This document shows positions 38,066 to 47,732 of a stretch of 64,000 nt of DNA, one piece after another (position 1 is the first letter of the stretch; every line of letters begins with the position of its first letter). This DNA is from a bacterium. Lineage in GTDB: Bacteria; UBA8248. A program made the translations under genes and the position numbers. The notes below the pieces were generated by a model. It was not told the DNA's origin, searched no databases, and saw only the letters and a list, made by a program, of their open reading frames with translations. The stretch is from assembly GCA_963692865.2 (NCBI GenBank), contig OY843592.1:2752001-2816000 (forward strand), in the 5' to 3' direction.

Positions 38066-39241
38066 ATGAAAATATCCACCAGAGCGATTCACCATGGAAA
38101 AGAACCCAACGAACTCACGGGCGCCGTGAAGCCCGACATCTGCCTGAGCAGCACGTTCAGGCAGCATACGCCCGGCGACCCGGTGGGCGATTTCGAATAC
38201 TCGCGCTCGGGCAACCCGACGCGTGAGGCGCTCGAGATGAACATCGCGGGTCTGGAGCGTCCCGACGATGCGGACGCCGAGTGCCACGGGCTGGCGTTCT
38301 CATCGGGTCTCGGCGCGACGACCACGATACTCTTCGCCCTTTTGTCTCATGGCGATCACATGCTCTGCTCGGACGACGTGTACGGCGGTACGTTCCGCCT
38401 CATCACGGGCAAGGATTTCAGGGGATTCGAGAAGTTCGGCGTCGCGTGCGACTACGTCGATATGGCGGACGAGGAATCGCTGGCCGGGAAAATCAGGGAG
38501 AACACGCGGCTCATCTGGATAGAGAGCCCCACGAACCCGCTGCTCAAGATGGCCGACATCCAAAGCATCGCGGCGACGTACGGGAGCGACGGCGCAATCG
38601 TCGCCGTGGACAACACCTTCATGAGCCCCTACTTCCAGAGGCCGCTCGCCCTGGGGGCGGACATCGCCGTCCACAGCACGACGAAATACATCGGCGGACA
38701 CAGCGACGTCGTGGGCGGGGCGCTGGTGACGAAAAGCCGGGCGCTCCATGAACGCATCCGGCACTACCAGAACGCGTTAGGGGCGACGCCCGCCCCCTTC
38801 GATTGCTACATGACCATGCGGGGCATCGACACCCTGCCCGTGCGGATGGAGAAACACCAGGAAAACGCCATGAAAATCGCCAGGCATTTTGAGGGGCACC
38901 CCGGGGTGGAGAAAGTCATCTATCCGGGATTGGAATCCCACCCCCAGCATGAACTCGCCAAAAGGCAGATGAGCGGCTTCGGCGGCATGCTGGCGTTTTA
39001 TCTCAAAGGCGGCCTGCCCGAGGCGAGGAGGTTCCTCGAAAACGTCCAGCTCTTCACCCTGGCGGAGAGCCTGGGCGGCACGGAATCCCTCGTGGAGCAT
39101 CCCGCCATCATGACGCACGCCTCGCTCACCGAGGAGAGCAGAGAAGCGCTGGGCATCAGCGACACCCTGATCCGGCTGTCGGTGGGCATCGAGGACGCGG
39201 ACGATCTGATAGAGGATCTGGATCAGGCCCTGAAAGCGTAA
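38066..39241 (+). CDS. Cystathionine gamma-lyase/synthase
   Basis: YSRSGNPT, DDVYGGT, ESPTNP, DNTF, HSTTKYIGGHSD (PLP Lys), LAESLGGTESL, RLSVGIED. Confidence 0.93.
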   Translation: MKISTRAIHHGKEPNELTGAVKPDICLSSTFRQHTPGDPVGDFEYSRSGNPTREALEMNIAGLERPDDADAECHGLAFSSGLGATTTILFALLSHGDHMLCSDDVYGGTFRLITGKDFRGFEKFGVACDYVDMADEESLAGKIRENTRLIWIESPTNPLLKMADIQSIAATYGSDGAIVAVDNTFMSPYFQRPLALGADIAVHSTTKYIGGHSDVVGGALVTKSRALHERIRHYQNALGATPAPFDCYMTMRGIDTLPVRMEKHQENAMKIARHFEGHPGVEKVIYPGLESHPQHELAKRQMSGFGGMLAFYLKGGLPEARRFLENVQLFTLAESLGGTESLVEHPAIMTHASLTEESREALGISDTLIRLSVGIEDADDLIEDLDQALKA

Positions 39242-39338
39242 CCAATGGAAATCCGGCGAACGCTCAGACCGCCTCTACGGAAAACTGGAATTTAATTTCA
39301 CTCACCTTGAGTCGCGCTCCGAAATAACTCCCCCCTTG

Positions 39339-39942
39339 GGGGTTGTCGAAAAACCCTCCCTGGAGAGCTCCGAAGAAGGGAGGGATTGCCGGTTCTCCCA
39401 CCGCCTTGAACCGGGCGCTTTTTCCTCAACCTGCGCAGCGCTTCTCAACTCGCCTCATCCTGAGTAGCGGCGAAGCCGCATATCGAAGGATGCCCCTCGC
39501 CCCGGCGCGAGGCGTTCGACTCCCCTCGCCCTTCGAAAGGCCCAGGACAGGCCCCTTCGATACAAACGCTCCTTTCTCTGGGCTGTTGAAAAAGCCGGAG
39601 AGAGACAATTTGTTTGTAGGTGACAACCCCTCCTCGGGGTTGTCACACACATTCGGGGTTGTCACACACATATCATGCGACCCTGATTTTCGCCTCCACA
39701 AGGCGGGCCGCATGATATGTCAGACATATATGTCTGACCTACAAAAACCGTTCCTCCCCGGTCGCGTAAAACACTCGTTCATCAGGACTTTTTCAACAAC
39801 CCCTTCTCAGTCGCGTTTGACCTTCGGCGGCTACTCAGGGTGAGGAGGGGTGGTTGTGCGCAAGGGCGGCAAATGCGTCGTCAATTCCGGGCGATGAAGA
39901 AGAAAATACCACCGTCACTCCGGCTTTCGCCGGAATGACGAT
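39339..39942. repeat. Nested MITE/REP composite; includes a 95-bp unit duplicated at 54648-54742
   Basis: GGGGTTGTCGAAAAACCC at 39339, GGGCTGTTGAAAAAGCC at about 39580, GGACTTTTTCAACAACCCC at about 39786. Palindrome GTCAGACATATATGTCTGAC. 39704-39798 matches 54648-54742 at 94/95 positions. Confidence 0.88.
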
Positions 39943-39971
39943 GAACACTCTCGACGGAGAGCGACAACCCC

Positions 39972-40976
39972 TTACATGAAATACTTCCGGTCGTTCAGGT
40001 CGGGATACATGCCCCCCACCCACTTCGCGTAGCCGTTGAACAGGAGCGTCGGCCTTCTCTCGTTCGTCCCCAGCATGCGCTCGGTGGCCTGGGACCATCT
40101 GGGGTGATGGAACTTCGGGTTGATGTTCGCCCAGAAGCCGTATTCGGTGGGCGCCGCCCGCTCCCAGAACGTGCGGGGCCGCTTGTCGGTGAACTCGATG
40201 GAAACGATGGATTTTATGTTCTTGAAGCCGAATTTCCAGGGAACCACCAGACGCAGGGGCGCGCCGTGCTGCTGCGGCAGGGGATGCCCGTAAATGCCCG
40301 TGCCCATCATCGCCAGCTCGTTCATGGCCTCCTTCATCGTGAGGCCCTCCACGTACGGCCACGGGTACCAGACCTGGAGCTGCCCCAACGCCACCTTGCG
40401 GTTCAGGAAAGTCGTGAATTTGACGTATTTCGCCTTGCTCGTGGGCTCCACCTTCTTGATCAACTCGGAAATCCTGAAACCCGTCCACGGAACGGCCATC
40501 GCCCACGCTTCGACGCAGCGGAAACGATAAAGCCGCTCCTCGAGCGTCATGCCCTTGATCAACTCGTCGATGTCGTAGGTTTTGGGCTTCTTGACGTGGC
40601 CTTTCACCTCCACCTGCCAGGGGCGCGTCTCCATGCGCCTGGCCAGCCAGGAGATAGCCTTGGAGCCGCCGAATTCGTAGAAATTGTTGTACTCGGCCGC
40701 CACTTTTTCATCCGTCAGGGGCCGATCCAGCGTGAAGGCGGGATTCCGGCGCGCCGGGTACAGACCCACCGTTTGATCCTTGGGATGCGCAATCCCTTTT
40801 TTCGCCTGCGCCAGAGCGAGCGGCCCGTCGCGTTCGGGCCAGTAGGGAGGGGTCACCATCTGGCTCAGCATCAGGCCCGCGCCGCCCGCCAAAAACTTGC
40901 GGCGGTTCAAGAACACGGATTCGGGCGTGGCCTCGCGCTCGGGCATCGACCATTCGGGCTTTTTGATGTAATTCAT
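39972..40976 (-). CDS. msrP: Protein-methionine-sulfoxide reductase molybdoenzyme subunit MsrP (YedY)
   Basis: Tat motif NRRKFL, YNNFYEFG, YRFRCVEAW, HGAPLRLVVPWKFGFKNIKSI, EYGFWANINP, HPRWSQATER. Confidence 0.96.
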   Translation of the reverse strand: MNYIKKPEWSMPEREATPESVFLNRRKFLAGGAGLMLSQMVTPPYWPERDGPLALAQAKKGIAHPKDQTVGLYPARRNPAFTLDRPLTDEKVAAEYNNFYEFGGSKAISWLARRMETRPWQVEVKGHVKKPKTYDIDELIKGMTLEERLYRFRCVEAWAMAVPWTGFRISELIKKVEPTSKAKYVKFTTFLNRKVALGQLQVWYPWPYVEGLTMKEAMNELAMMGTGIYGHPLPQQHGAPLRLVVPWKFGFKNIKSIVSIEFTDKRPRTFWERAAPTEYGFWANINPKFHHPRWSQATERMLGTNERRPTLLFNGYAKWVGGMYPDLNDRKYFM

Positions 40977-41215
40977 TTTATCCCCTTTCGGGTGGCGGCT
41001 GGAGTCGGGTGTATTCTCCAGAACAGGCGAATCGTTTTGAGCAAAGCCCATGGATGCGGATCCGCCTTCCAAGACGGCCTTTGGGAATATATCATACAAA
41101 TCTCACCAAAGTGAGGAAAACCGAGGTTAAGGAATCTTGACAGTTGGACCTGGCGCATACACTGGGCAAGCGTGTCCCACAAGCACAGCGTCCGCCATTC
41201 AATCGTGGAGACCCG

Positions 41216-42274
41216 ATGTCTGAACTACGCTACCCCGTCGAACGCCTGGAGAATTTCATTCACGCCGTTCTCGTGGCGCACGACGTTCTGGATGACCACG
41301 CGCGCATCTGCGCCGTCCGCATGATCGAGGCCGACCTCCACGGGATGCACGGACACGGCATCTTCCGTCTCCCGCCCTATTGCCGCAGAATCCGCGAAGG
41401 CGGCTACAACCTGAGGCCCGACATCCGCGCCGAGCGCGAAACCCCCGTGAGCGCGCTGGTCGACGGGGACAACGGCTTCGGCCAGGTGGTCGTTACGTTC
41501 GCGGCCGAACTCGCCATTCAGAAGGCGCGAGAAAACGGGCTCGCGTGGATCGGCATACGCCACGGAAACCACGCGGGCGCCGCTGGCGTCTACGCCGCCC
41601 TGCCCCTCGCGCACGACATGATCGGGATGTACATGGCCGTCGCCAACGCCAACCACATGCCCCCCTGGGGCGGCGTGGACATGCTCCTGAGCACCAACCC
41701 CATCGCCTACGCCATCCCCGCGGGCGAGGAGCCGCCCTTCCTCCTCGATATGGCCACCACGGAGACTTCCTACGGGAAAGTGAAGGTCTACGCCCAGGAG
41801 GGAAAGCCGATGCCCGAGGGCTGGATGATGACCAGGGACGGAAAACCCCTCACCGACGCCACGCGCGCCGAGGAGGGTTTTCTGCTGCCCATCGGGGGGC
41901 ACAAGGGCTATGGTCTGAACATGATGATCGGCGCGCTCGCCGGCGTACTGAACGGAGCGGCCTTCGGCTCGGACGTGATCGACTTCAACAAGGACTTCAA
42001 GACGCCCACGAACACCGGCCAGGTGTTTTTCGCCATGCGGCCGGACATCTTCCGCGATCCGGAGGAGTTCAAGGCGGAGATGGACATGAGGATCCGCGAG
42101 ATAAGGAATTCCGCGCCCATGGAGGGCAAAGGCCCCATCCGGATCCCCGGCGAGAACCTCGCGCGCAGAAAAGAGCGGATGCGCCGAGAGGGCGTGCCCG
42201 TCGCCGCGCCCGTGCTCGTCCGACTCAGGGAACTGGCCGAAGGACTCGGCCTGGACGACAAACTCGCCGACTGA
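41216..42274 (+). CDS. Type 2 malate/L-lactate dehydrogenase family (AllD/ComC-like)
   Basis: ADLHGMHGHG, VDGDNGFGQ, NHAGA, STNPIA, LDMATT, PIGGHKGYGL, RIPGE. Confidence 0.92.
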   Translation: MSELRYPVERLENFIHAVLVAHDVLDDHARICAVRMIEADLHGMHGHGIFRLPPYCRRIREGGYNLRPDIRAERETPVSALVDGDNGFGQVVVTFAAELAIQKARENGLAWIGIRHGNHAGAAGVYAALPLAHDMIGMYMAVANANHMPPWGGVDMLLSTNPIAYAIPAGEEPPFLLDMATTETSYGKVKVYAQEGKPMPEGWMMTRDGKPLTDATRAEEGFLLPIGGHKGYGLNMMIGALAGVLNGAAFGSDVIDFNKDFKTPTNTGQVFFAMRPDIFRDPEEFKAEMDMRIREIRNSAPMEGKGPIRIPGENLARRKERMRREGVPVAAPVLVRLRELAEGLGLDDKLAD

Positions 42275-43135
42275 TCACGCGAGGCTGATAAGCGCGCCTC
42301 CCGCGACGATGAAGGCCGCGCCCAGAACCATGAGCGGCGTCAGCGGCTCCATTCCTTGCGGCAGAAACCGTGAGAACAGGAGCACGAACAGGGGCTGCGC
42401 CGAGGTGATCGGCGTCACGACGACGATTCTCCCCTCCTCCAGCGCGAAGAAAAGCGCCGTCAGCGCAGAGAAACTCGCGACGCCCACGAGGATGAAATAG
42501 AACAGTCCCTTTCCGCTAAAATCCTTGCGACCGCTTCTGGAATTCGCAAGAACCAGGGCCATGACGATGCTCGACGTTCCCGCCATCACGAAAATCGCCA
42601 GCGTCTTGTAGGGCACGTCGGGCGAGGAGTAGCGGATGATGAGGTCGCGCATGACCCAGATGAGCGTGGCGCCGACGGCGTAGGCGATGCCGGTGAGCGC
42701 CCAGGAACGCATCTCGTCTTTCCTGATCGACAAGACGACGATGCCGCAGACGATGAGCGCGGTTCCCAGGGCGAGAATCGGCGTGAGCCGCTCGCCGAGA
42801 AGCAAGACGGCCAGCGTGCTGGAGAAGAGCGGCCCGAGACCGCGCAAAATACCCGAAGGCGCCGCCCCGATTCGCTGCACGCCCGCGAACTGAAACGTTC
42901 TCGATATGCTGGGGGTGATCACGCCGAGCCCCACGAACCAGAGCAGGTGCGGGTTTGCGAAAGCGCTCATCGGCACGCTCGCCGCTATCCAGGGCAGATA
43001 GAGCAGCGTCACCGTGGCCGAGGCCACGAACCCGCCGAACACGGGCGTCGCCTCCCGCGTCGCCAGACGCGAGAAGATGAACGTCAGCGCAAAGAAGGCC
43101 GAAGCCGCAACGGCCAGGGGAATTTCCGTCAACAC
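42275..43135 (-). CDS. EamA/DMT-family transporter
   Basis: Ten TM helices in two EamA repeats (LLLGERLT; VVTPITSAQPLF). Confidence 0.88.
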   Translation of the reverse strand: MLTEIPLAVAASAFFALTFIFSRLATREATPVFGGFVASATVTLLYLPWIAASVPMSAFANPHLLWFVGLGVITPSISRTFQFAGVQRIGAAPSGILRGLGPLFSSTLAVLLLGERLTPILALGTALIVCGIVVLSIRKDEMRSWALTGIAYAVGATLIWVMRDLIIRYSSPDVPYKTLAIFVMAGTSSIVMALVLANSRSGRKDFSGKGLFYFILVGVASFSALTALFFALEEGRIVVVTPITSAQPLFVLLFSRFLPQGMEPLTPLMVLGAAFIVAGGALISLA

Positions 43136-43163
43136 ATGCCTCGCCTCACAACCAGCATCATGA

Positions 43164-43195
43164 AAAAGCGCCCCCGGCTTCAGGCCAGGGGCGCC
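43164..43195 (-). terminator. Intrinsic terminator after the M24 peptidase
   Basis: Minus strand reads GCGCCCCTGGCC-TGAA-GCCGGGGGCGC followed by TTTTT. Confidence 0.65.
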
Positions 43196-43214
43196 GATTC
43201 GACCAAGCGCCTGC

Positions 43215-44453
43215 TCAGTCCTGGATGATCAACTCCTCGCAATAGGGAGCGCGCGTCATGTAGACGGGTTCATCCTCGGTGATGAGAATGTGATCCTCGA
43301 TGCGCACGCCGGCCCCGCCGGGAATGCCGGGCACGAAGATGAGCGGCTCGATGGCGAACGTCATCCCCGGCACGAAATCCACGCTCTCGGCCCCGGGCAT
43401 CACCTCGCCCACGTAGGGCGGCTCGTTGGGCGATATGCCGCAGCCGTGCCCGATGAAGAGCTTGATGAAGTTGTCCTCAAGGCCCGCGGAGCGCGCGACT
43501 TCCAGGAACTCCGCCGCCGAGTCGTCGTTCGTGTAGCCGGGGCGCATCTTTTCGATTCCCGCCTTCAGCGACTTGTAGACGGTCGTATACACCTTCTTCT
43601 GCATGGGATGGGGCGGGCCGCCGGCCACCTTCGCGCGTCCGCAGTCGCCGAAATAGCCGTTCCAGCACGCGCCGATGTCGATGAAAACGATGTCGCCGTT
43701 TCTGATGATCTTATCGGTGGGAAAGCGCGTCGGCGGCGCCATATGCTCGCCCGAGGCGACGAACGGAGACGCCAGGTGCCCGAACTCCCCGCCGTGGGTG
43801 AAGAGCGTCTTCATGGCTTCGGCCGCCACGTCGAACTCGCGCACGCCCGGCTCGGCGTGGTTCAAGGCCGTGATGGTCACGGCGTCGGCGATGGCGCACG
43901 CCTGATGGAGGCAGGCTATCTCGTCGGGCGTCTTCTGCACCCGGCTCATGTACATGAACTGCTCGCCGTCCACGAAGGTGGCCTCGGGGAAGTATTTCTC
44001 GATCATCGCCCGCTGGGTGAACGTGTGCCCGTCCAGCCCGATGGTTCCGCTCGAAACCCCCCACTCGTCGAAACGCTTCTTGATGTCGGTGCCCACCGTG
44101 TGCTCGACCAGGCCCGGCTCCTCCAGGATGCCGATGGGCACGTAGTCGTCTATCCAGGGCATGCACTCCTCGATGCGGTGCGCCTCGCCACTCGAGGCGA
44201 GCAGCGTCGGGTTGCCCTCCTGCCGGAGCAGGACGCCGTAGGTGGTGGAGGAGCGGTACTGAATCATGATGACGCGCGCGCTGGTGAGGTAGCGCACGTT
44301 CTCGTCCTTCCAGAGGATGAGGGCGTCGATGCCCTTTTCCTTCATCGCCGCCTGGGTCTTCTCGACGCGCTCCCGGCGCATGCGATCCATGTCGATGCGG
44401 TGCTCCCAGTCGACCATCATCGAGCCGCGCGCCCACGTGGGGTAGTCCGTCAT
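43215..44453 (-). CDS. M24-family Xaa-Pro aminopeptidase/creatinase-like hydrolase
   Basis: Creatinase N-domain (ENVRYLT) and metal ligands FIDIG, FGDCG, IGHG, AIEP, RIED. Confidence 0.92.
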   Translation of the reverse strand: MTDYPTWARGSMMVDWEHRIDMDRMRRERVEKTQAAMKEKGIDALILWKDENVRYLTSARVIMIQYRSSTTYGVLLRQEGNPTLLASSGEAHRIEECMPWIDDYVPIGILEEPGLVEHTVGTDIKKRFDEWGVSSGTIGLDGHTFTQRAMIEKYFPEATFVDGEQFMYMSRVQKTPDEIACLHQACAIADAVTITALNHAEPGVREFDVAAEAMKTLFTHGGEFGHLASPFVASGEHMAPPTRFPTDKIIRNGDIVFIDIGACWNGYFGDCGRAKVAGGPPHPMQKKVYTTVYKSLKAGIEKMRPGYTNDDSAAEFLEVARSAGLEDNFIKLFIGHGCGISPNEPPYVGEVMPGAESVDFVPGMTFAIEPLIFVPGIPGGAGVRIEDHILITEDEPVYMTRAPYCEELIIQD

Positions 44454-44629
44454 TGCGTATTCCTCCTCGAAAAACAAAGATTTCGGCCTGAAAATATCGA
44501 GTCCGCAAACGATTGCTCTGAATATGAAATTCGCGGCGACGCTAGCACCCGCGCCTTTGGCTGTCAAGAAATCGCAGGCTCGGCGGGGTTTCGAGGGCAA
44601 GCGAAAATGCGTGCGCAATCTCCTGCTCA

Positions 44630-44658
44630 TTGACTTACATCCGCCGCCTCGCTACTTT
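44630..44658 (+). promoter_or_regulatory. Candidate sigma70 promoter for the crotonase gene
   Basis: TTGACT-17bp-TACTTT. Confidence 0.45.
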
Positions 44659-44712
44659 CGGCGCAAAAGACACGCAACGAGCGCATTCGCCAAATCAATA
44701 TGGAGAAACCCT

Positions 44713-45480
44713 ATGAGCGGCATCTTGTATGAAGTGGAAGGCAGAACCGCCATCATCACCCTCAACCGGCCCGAGAAGCGCAACTCCTACACCGAGGAAA
44801 TGGTGGACGATTTGTACGACGTCTGCCAGAAATTCATGAAAGACAAAGACGTATGGACGGCCATCATCACAGGCGCCGGGGACCGCGCGTTCTGCGCCGG
44901 GCATGACCTCACTTCGGTCGTTGCGAGCGAAGGCCAGTACAATGAGCACGACTCGCCCACAATGTGGTACGGCGAATTCGAGATATACAAGCCCATCATC
45001 GCCGCCGTGAACGGCTACGCCTATGGCGGGGGGTGCTCGATGGCGCTCTCGTGCGACATCCGAATCGCTTCGGAGAACGCCGTTTTCGGCTACCCGCAGC
45101 CCAAGTACGGCGCGATGAGCCTTGGCGGACACCAGCGCCTGCCCAAGACCATACCGCCCGGCATCGCCATGGAGTTCATGCTGACGGGCAGGAACATCAC
45201 TGCGGATGAGGCCGAGCGCTGGGGCATGGTGAACAAGGTGGTGCCCCAGGACGCGCTGATGGACGAGGCGCGCGCCATGGCCGAACTCATCAACCAGAAC
45301 GCGCCGCTGGCCGTGCAGCACACGAAAGAGGCGGTGCTGAAGGGCTTGAGAACGCCCGACGTGCGCGAGGGCATCGCCAACGCCAAACTCATCAGCTACC
45401 GCCTCCAGACCTCCCGCGACACGCAGGAAGGCCTCGCGGCCTTCATGGAGAAGAGAAAACCCGAATGGGAGGGCCGCTAA
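44713..45480 (+). CDS. Crotonase/enoyl-CoA hydratase-family protein lacking both catalytic glutamates
   Basis: ITLNRPEKRN, AFCAGHDL, KPIIAAVNG..YGGG, EGLAAFMEKRKP. The Glu positions read GGGCSM and GYPQP. Confidence 0.9.
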   Translation: MSGILYEVEGRTAIITLNRPEKRNSYTEEMVDDLYDVCQKFMKDKDVWTAIITGAGDRAFCAGHDLTSVVASEGQYNEHDSPTMWYGEFEIYKPIIAAVNGYAYGGGCSMALSCDIRIASENAVFGYPQPKYGAMSLGGHQRLPKTIPPGIAMEFMLTGRNITADEAERWGMVNKVVPQDALMDEARAMAELINQNAPLAVQHTKEAVLKGLRTPDVREGIANAKLISYRLQTSRDTQEGLAAFMEKRKPEWEGR

Positions 45481-45553
45481 CAGATATTTGCTGTCCGCCT
45501 CTCCATTCGCTTTAGGCGTAGCGCACATATTTCTTCATACGAGGAACCCATAG

Positions 45554-46591
45554 ATGAACGATTCACCGAAAATCGGCATGGCCTTCATCGGCCTCGGCTG
45601 GTGGGGCGCCGTGCTCGCCGACGCCGCCCTCGCCTCCGGGAAAGTGCAGGTAACCGGCGGCTTCGCCCGCACGCCCTCTTCCCGCGAGGAATTCGTGGGC
45701 AAATACGGCGGGAAGAATTTTTCTTCTATTGACGAGGTGATGGCCGACTCCGAAACAGAGGCCGTCGTCATCGCCACGGCGAACTCGGTACACAAAGAAA
45801 TCGCGCTCGCCGCCGCCCGCGCGGGCAAGCACGTTCACCTGGAAAAGCCGATGGCGCTCAGCGTCTCCGACGCCAAGGCCGTCGAGCAGACGTGCAGAGA
45901 CCACGGCGTCAAACTCCACATGGGGCAGAACTTCAGGCGCTGGCCGATGTTCCGAAGAGCGAAGGAAATCGTGGAGAGCGGGAGTCTCGGCCTCGTGAAC
46001 TACACGGTCGCCACGTTTTCGAACAACCACGGCTTCACCTCGGGTCCAAATAGCATGAGATGGGACGCCACGGAGAACCCGGGCGGCCCGCTCTACAGCT
46101 ACACCATCCACCTGGGCGACGTGATGGAATACCTCTTCGGCGACGTGGAGGAAGTGAGCGGCTCATGCGCCAAGGTGGGCGGCCCCAACCCCCAGGAAGA
46201 CGCCGCCGCCGCCATACTGCGCTTCAAGAGCGGGCTGATGGGTACGATATCGGGCAGCTATCTGGCGCCCTTCCATTTCGCCTTCGACGTGCAGGGCACC
46301 GAAGCGAACCTGAGCCTTTCCACCACCGAGAACCCCACCCTCAAGCGGCCCATCGACCTCATGGGCGGCCTCGAAACCGAAACCGTGGAACTCGAACACG
46401 ACCTGGTGGAGGGGAGACTTCTGGCCAACCGCGAACAATTCGACGATCTGGTCGCCGCGATTCGAGAGGACAGGGACCCCGAAGTCACCGGACGCCACGG
46501 GGTGCGCGCGCTCGCCATCATGCGGGCGATTCTCAAGAGCAACGCCGAGAGGCGCATCGTGTCGATCGAGGAGATTCTGGAGACCGACTAG
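45554..46591 (+). CDS. Gfo/Idh/MocA-family oxidoreductase
   Basis: IGLGWWG, GKHVHLEKPMA, GQNFR, GGPL...IH. Confidence 0.92.
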   Translation: MNDSPKIGMAFIGLGWWGAVLADAALASGKVQVTGGFARTPSSREEFVGKYGGKNFSSIDEVMADSETEAVVIATANSVHKEIALAAARAGKHVHLEKPMALSVSDAKAVEQTCRDHGVKLHMGQNFRRWPMFRRAKEIVESGSLGLVNYTVATFSNNHGFTSGPNSMRWDATENPGGPLYSYTIHLGDVMEYLFGDVEEVSGSCAKVGGPNPQEDAAAAILRFKSGLMGTISGSYLAPFHFAFDVQGTEANLSLSTTENPTLKRPIDLMGGLETETVELEHDLVEGRLLANREQFDDLVAAIREDRDPEVTGRHGVRALAIMRAILKSNAERRIVSIEEILETD

Positions 46592-46705
46592 GCCGGAAAC
46601 CAAGCCTCTCGCCACGGGGGCTCGATTCGCGTATAATCTCGACCGTTGGCCCATCGCATGTCTGCGACTTGTTCCGCCCGGACTCGTCCCGGAAACGGTT
46701 TTCCC

Positions 46706-47521
46706 ATGGGCAGGCGCCGCGATACGCCGGATTTCACCCGCTCCAACAAAATCCCGGCGCTCGAATACCAACCCAAAGCCCAGGAGCGCGAACTCACCAG
46801 CAGGCTCATCGCATCCCGGAGCGCGAGCGAGCGCGAGGCGCTGGGCCAGAATCTGCTCGACGGCATCTGCCGCAGCCTCAAAATCTCCCGCGCGCGCCTG
46901 CGCGTGTTCGAAGAGCGCCAACCCCACAAGTTGCGCGGGGGAAGACTCGCCTACAAGCTCTATGGCGTCTATCACTGCGACAGCGCGGTGATCGAAATCG
47001 CCAATCTCACCTCGATCCGCAAACAGGTCGTCGCAGGCAAGACGTTTCTGGATACCCTCATCCACGAACTCATGCACCACATCGACAGAAAACTGCTCCG
47101 AATACCCTCCACGCCCCACGGCCCCGGATTCTACGCGCGCATCGAGGACTTGAAAGCCAAGCTCATGCGTGGGAGGGGCGGGGAGCGGGAAGCTCCGCAA
47201 GAAGCCGCCTGGCAAAAACCCAAGGACCTCACGGCGGCTCTTGAGTCGGCGGCCGCAGACGCCCGGTCGAGAAACGATCATTCGAACCGGGAACAGCCGA
47301 GTGAGGCGGTCTCCGGTGAGAGCCGCGTAGAAACGAGAAATTCGAGATCGGCCCTTCCGGAAGAATCCGACTCCCTGGCACAGGCGCCACTTGTAGATGC
47401 GAACGCAGAGAACCCTCCCCAAAAACCGCCGCGCGCCCGAGGAGAAGAGAGCATTTCTGCGAATCATCCCCCAAAAGACGCTTCGGGAGAGAAGGAGCCG
47501 CAACTGTCGTTTGATTTTTAG
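46706..47521 (+). CDS. SprT/Wss1-like zinc metalloprotease-domain protein with a disordered tail ending QLSFDF
   Basis: YGVY...IEIAN...TFLDTLIHELMHHID...PHGPGFY gives HExxH plus a third His. The C-terminal about 115 aa are low complexity. Confidence 0.7.
   Translation: MGRRRDTPDFTRSNKIPALEYQPKAQERELTSRLIASRSASEREALGQNLLDGICRSLKISRARLRVFEERQPHKLRGGRLAYKLYGVYHCDSAVIEIANLTSIRKQVVAGKTFLDTLIHELMHHIDRKLLRIPSTPHGPGFYARIEDLKAKLMRGRGGEREAPQEAAWQKPKDLTAALESAAADARSRNDHSNREQPSEAVSGESRVETRNSRSALPEESDSLAQAPLVDANAENPPQKPPRARGEESISANHPPKDASGEKEPQLSFDF
47493..47519 (+). repeat. 27-bp direct repeat, left copy (3' end of the SprT-like gene)
   Basis: AGGAGCCGCAACTGTCGTTTGATTTTT matches 49572-49598 at 26/27 positions. 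Confidence 0.9.
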
Positions 47522-47732
47522 CAAAATGACAGATTTTGATTCATTAGAAAGTTTTCTTCTGAAACTGTCATTTTAGGAAACAACTATGGTTTCAATATGT
47601 AAAGACAATCAGAACAGAAAAGTCGCGTTCTAAGCCAACATTTAATTTTCCGAGAGCACTCGGCTTTGGGGCAGCTGCGGCGATAGTGTATCCTATGCGC
47701 ATTAGTTGGAAGCGCCATCTGGAGACGTGCCC

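Noticed and set aside
39343-39843. ORFs 39343..39843 and 54632..54856 sharing MICQTYMSDLQKPFLPGR
   Set aside because: The shared peptide is just the translation of the duplicated 95-bp repeat. There is no RBS or coding-like composition.
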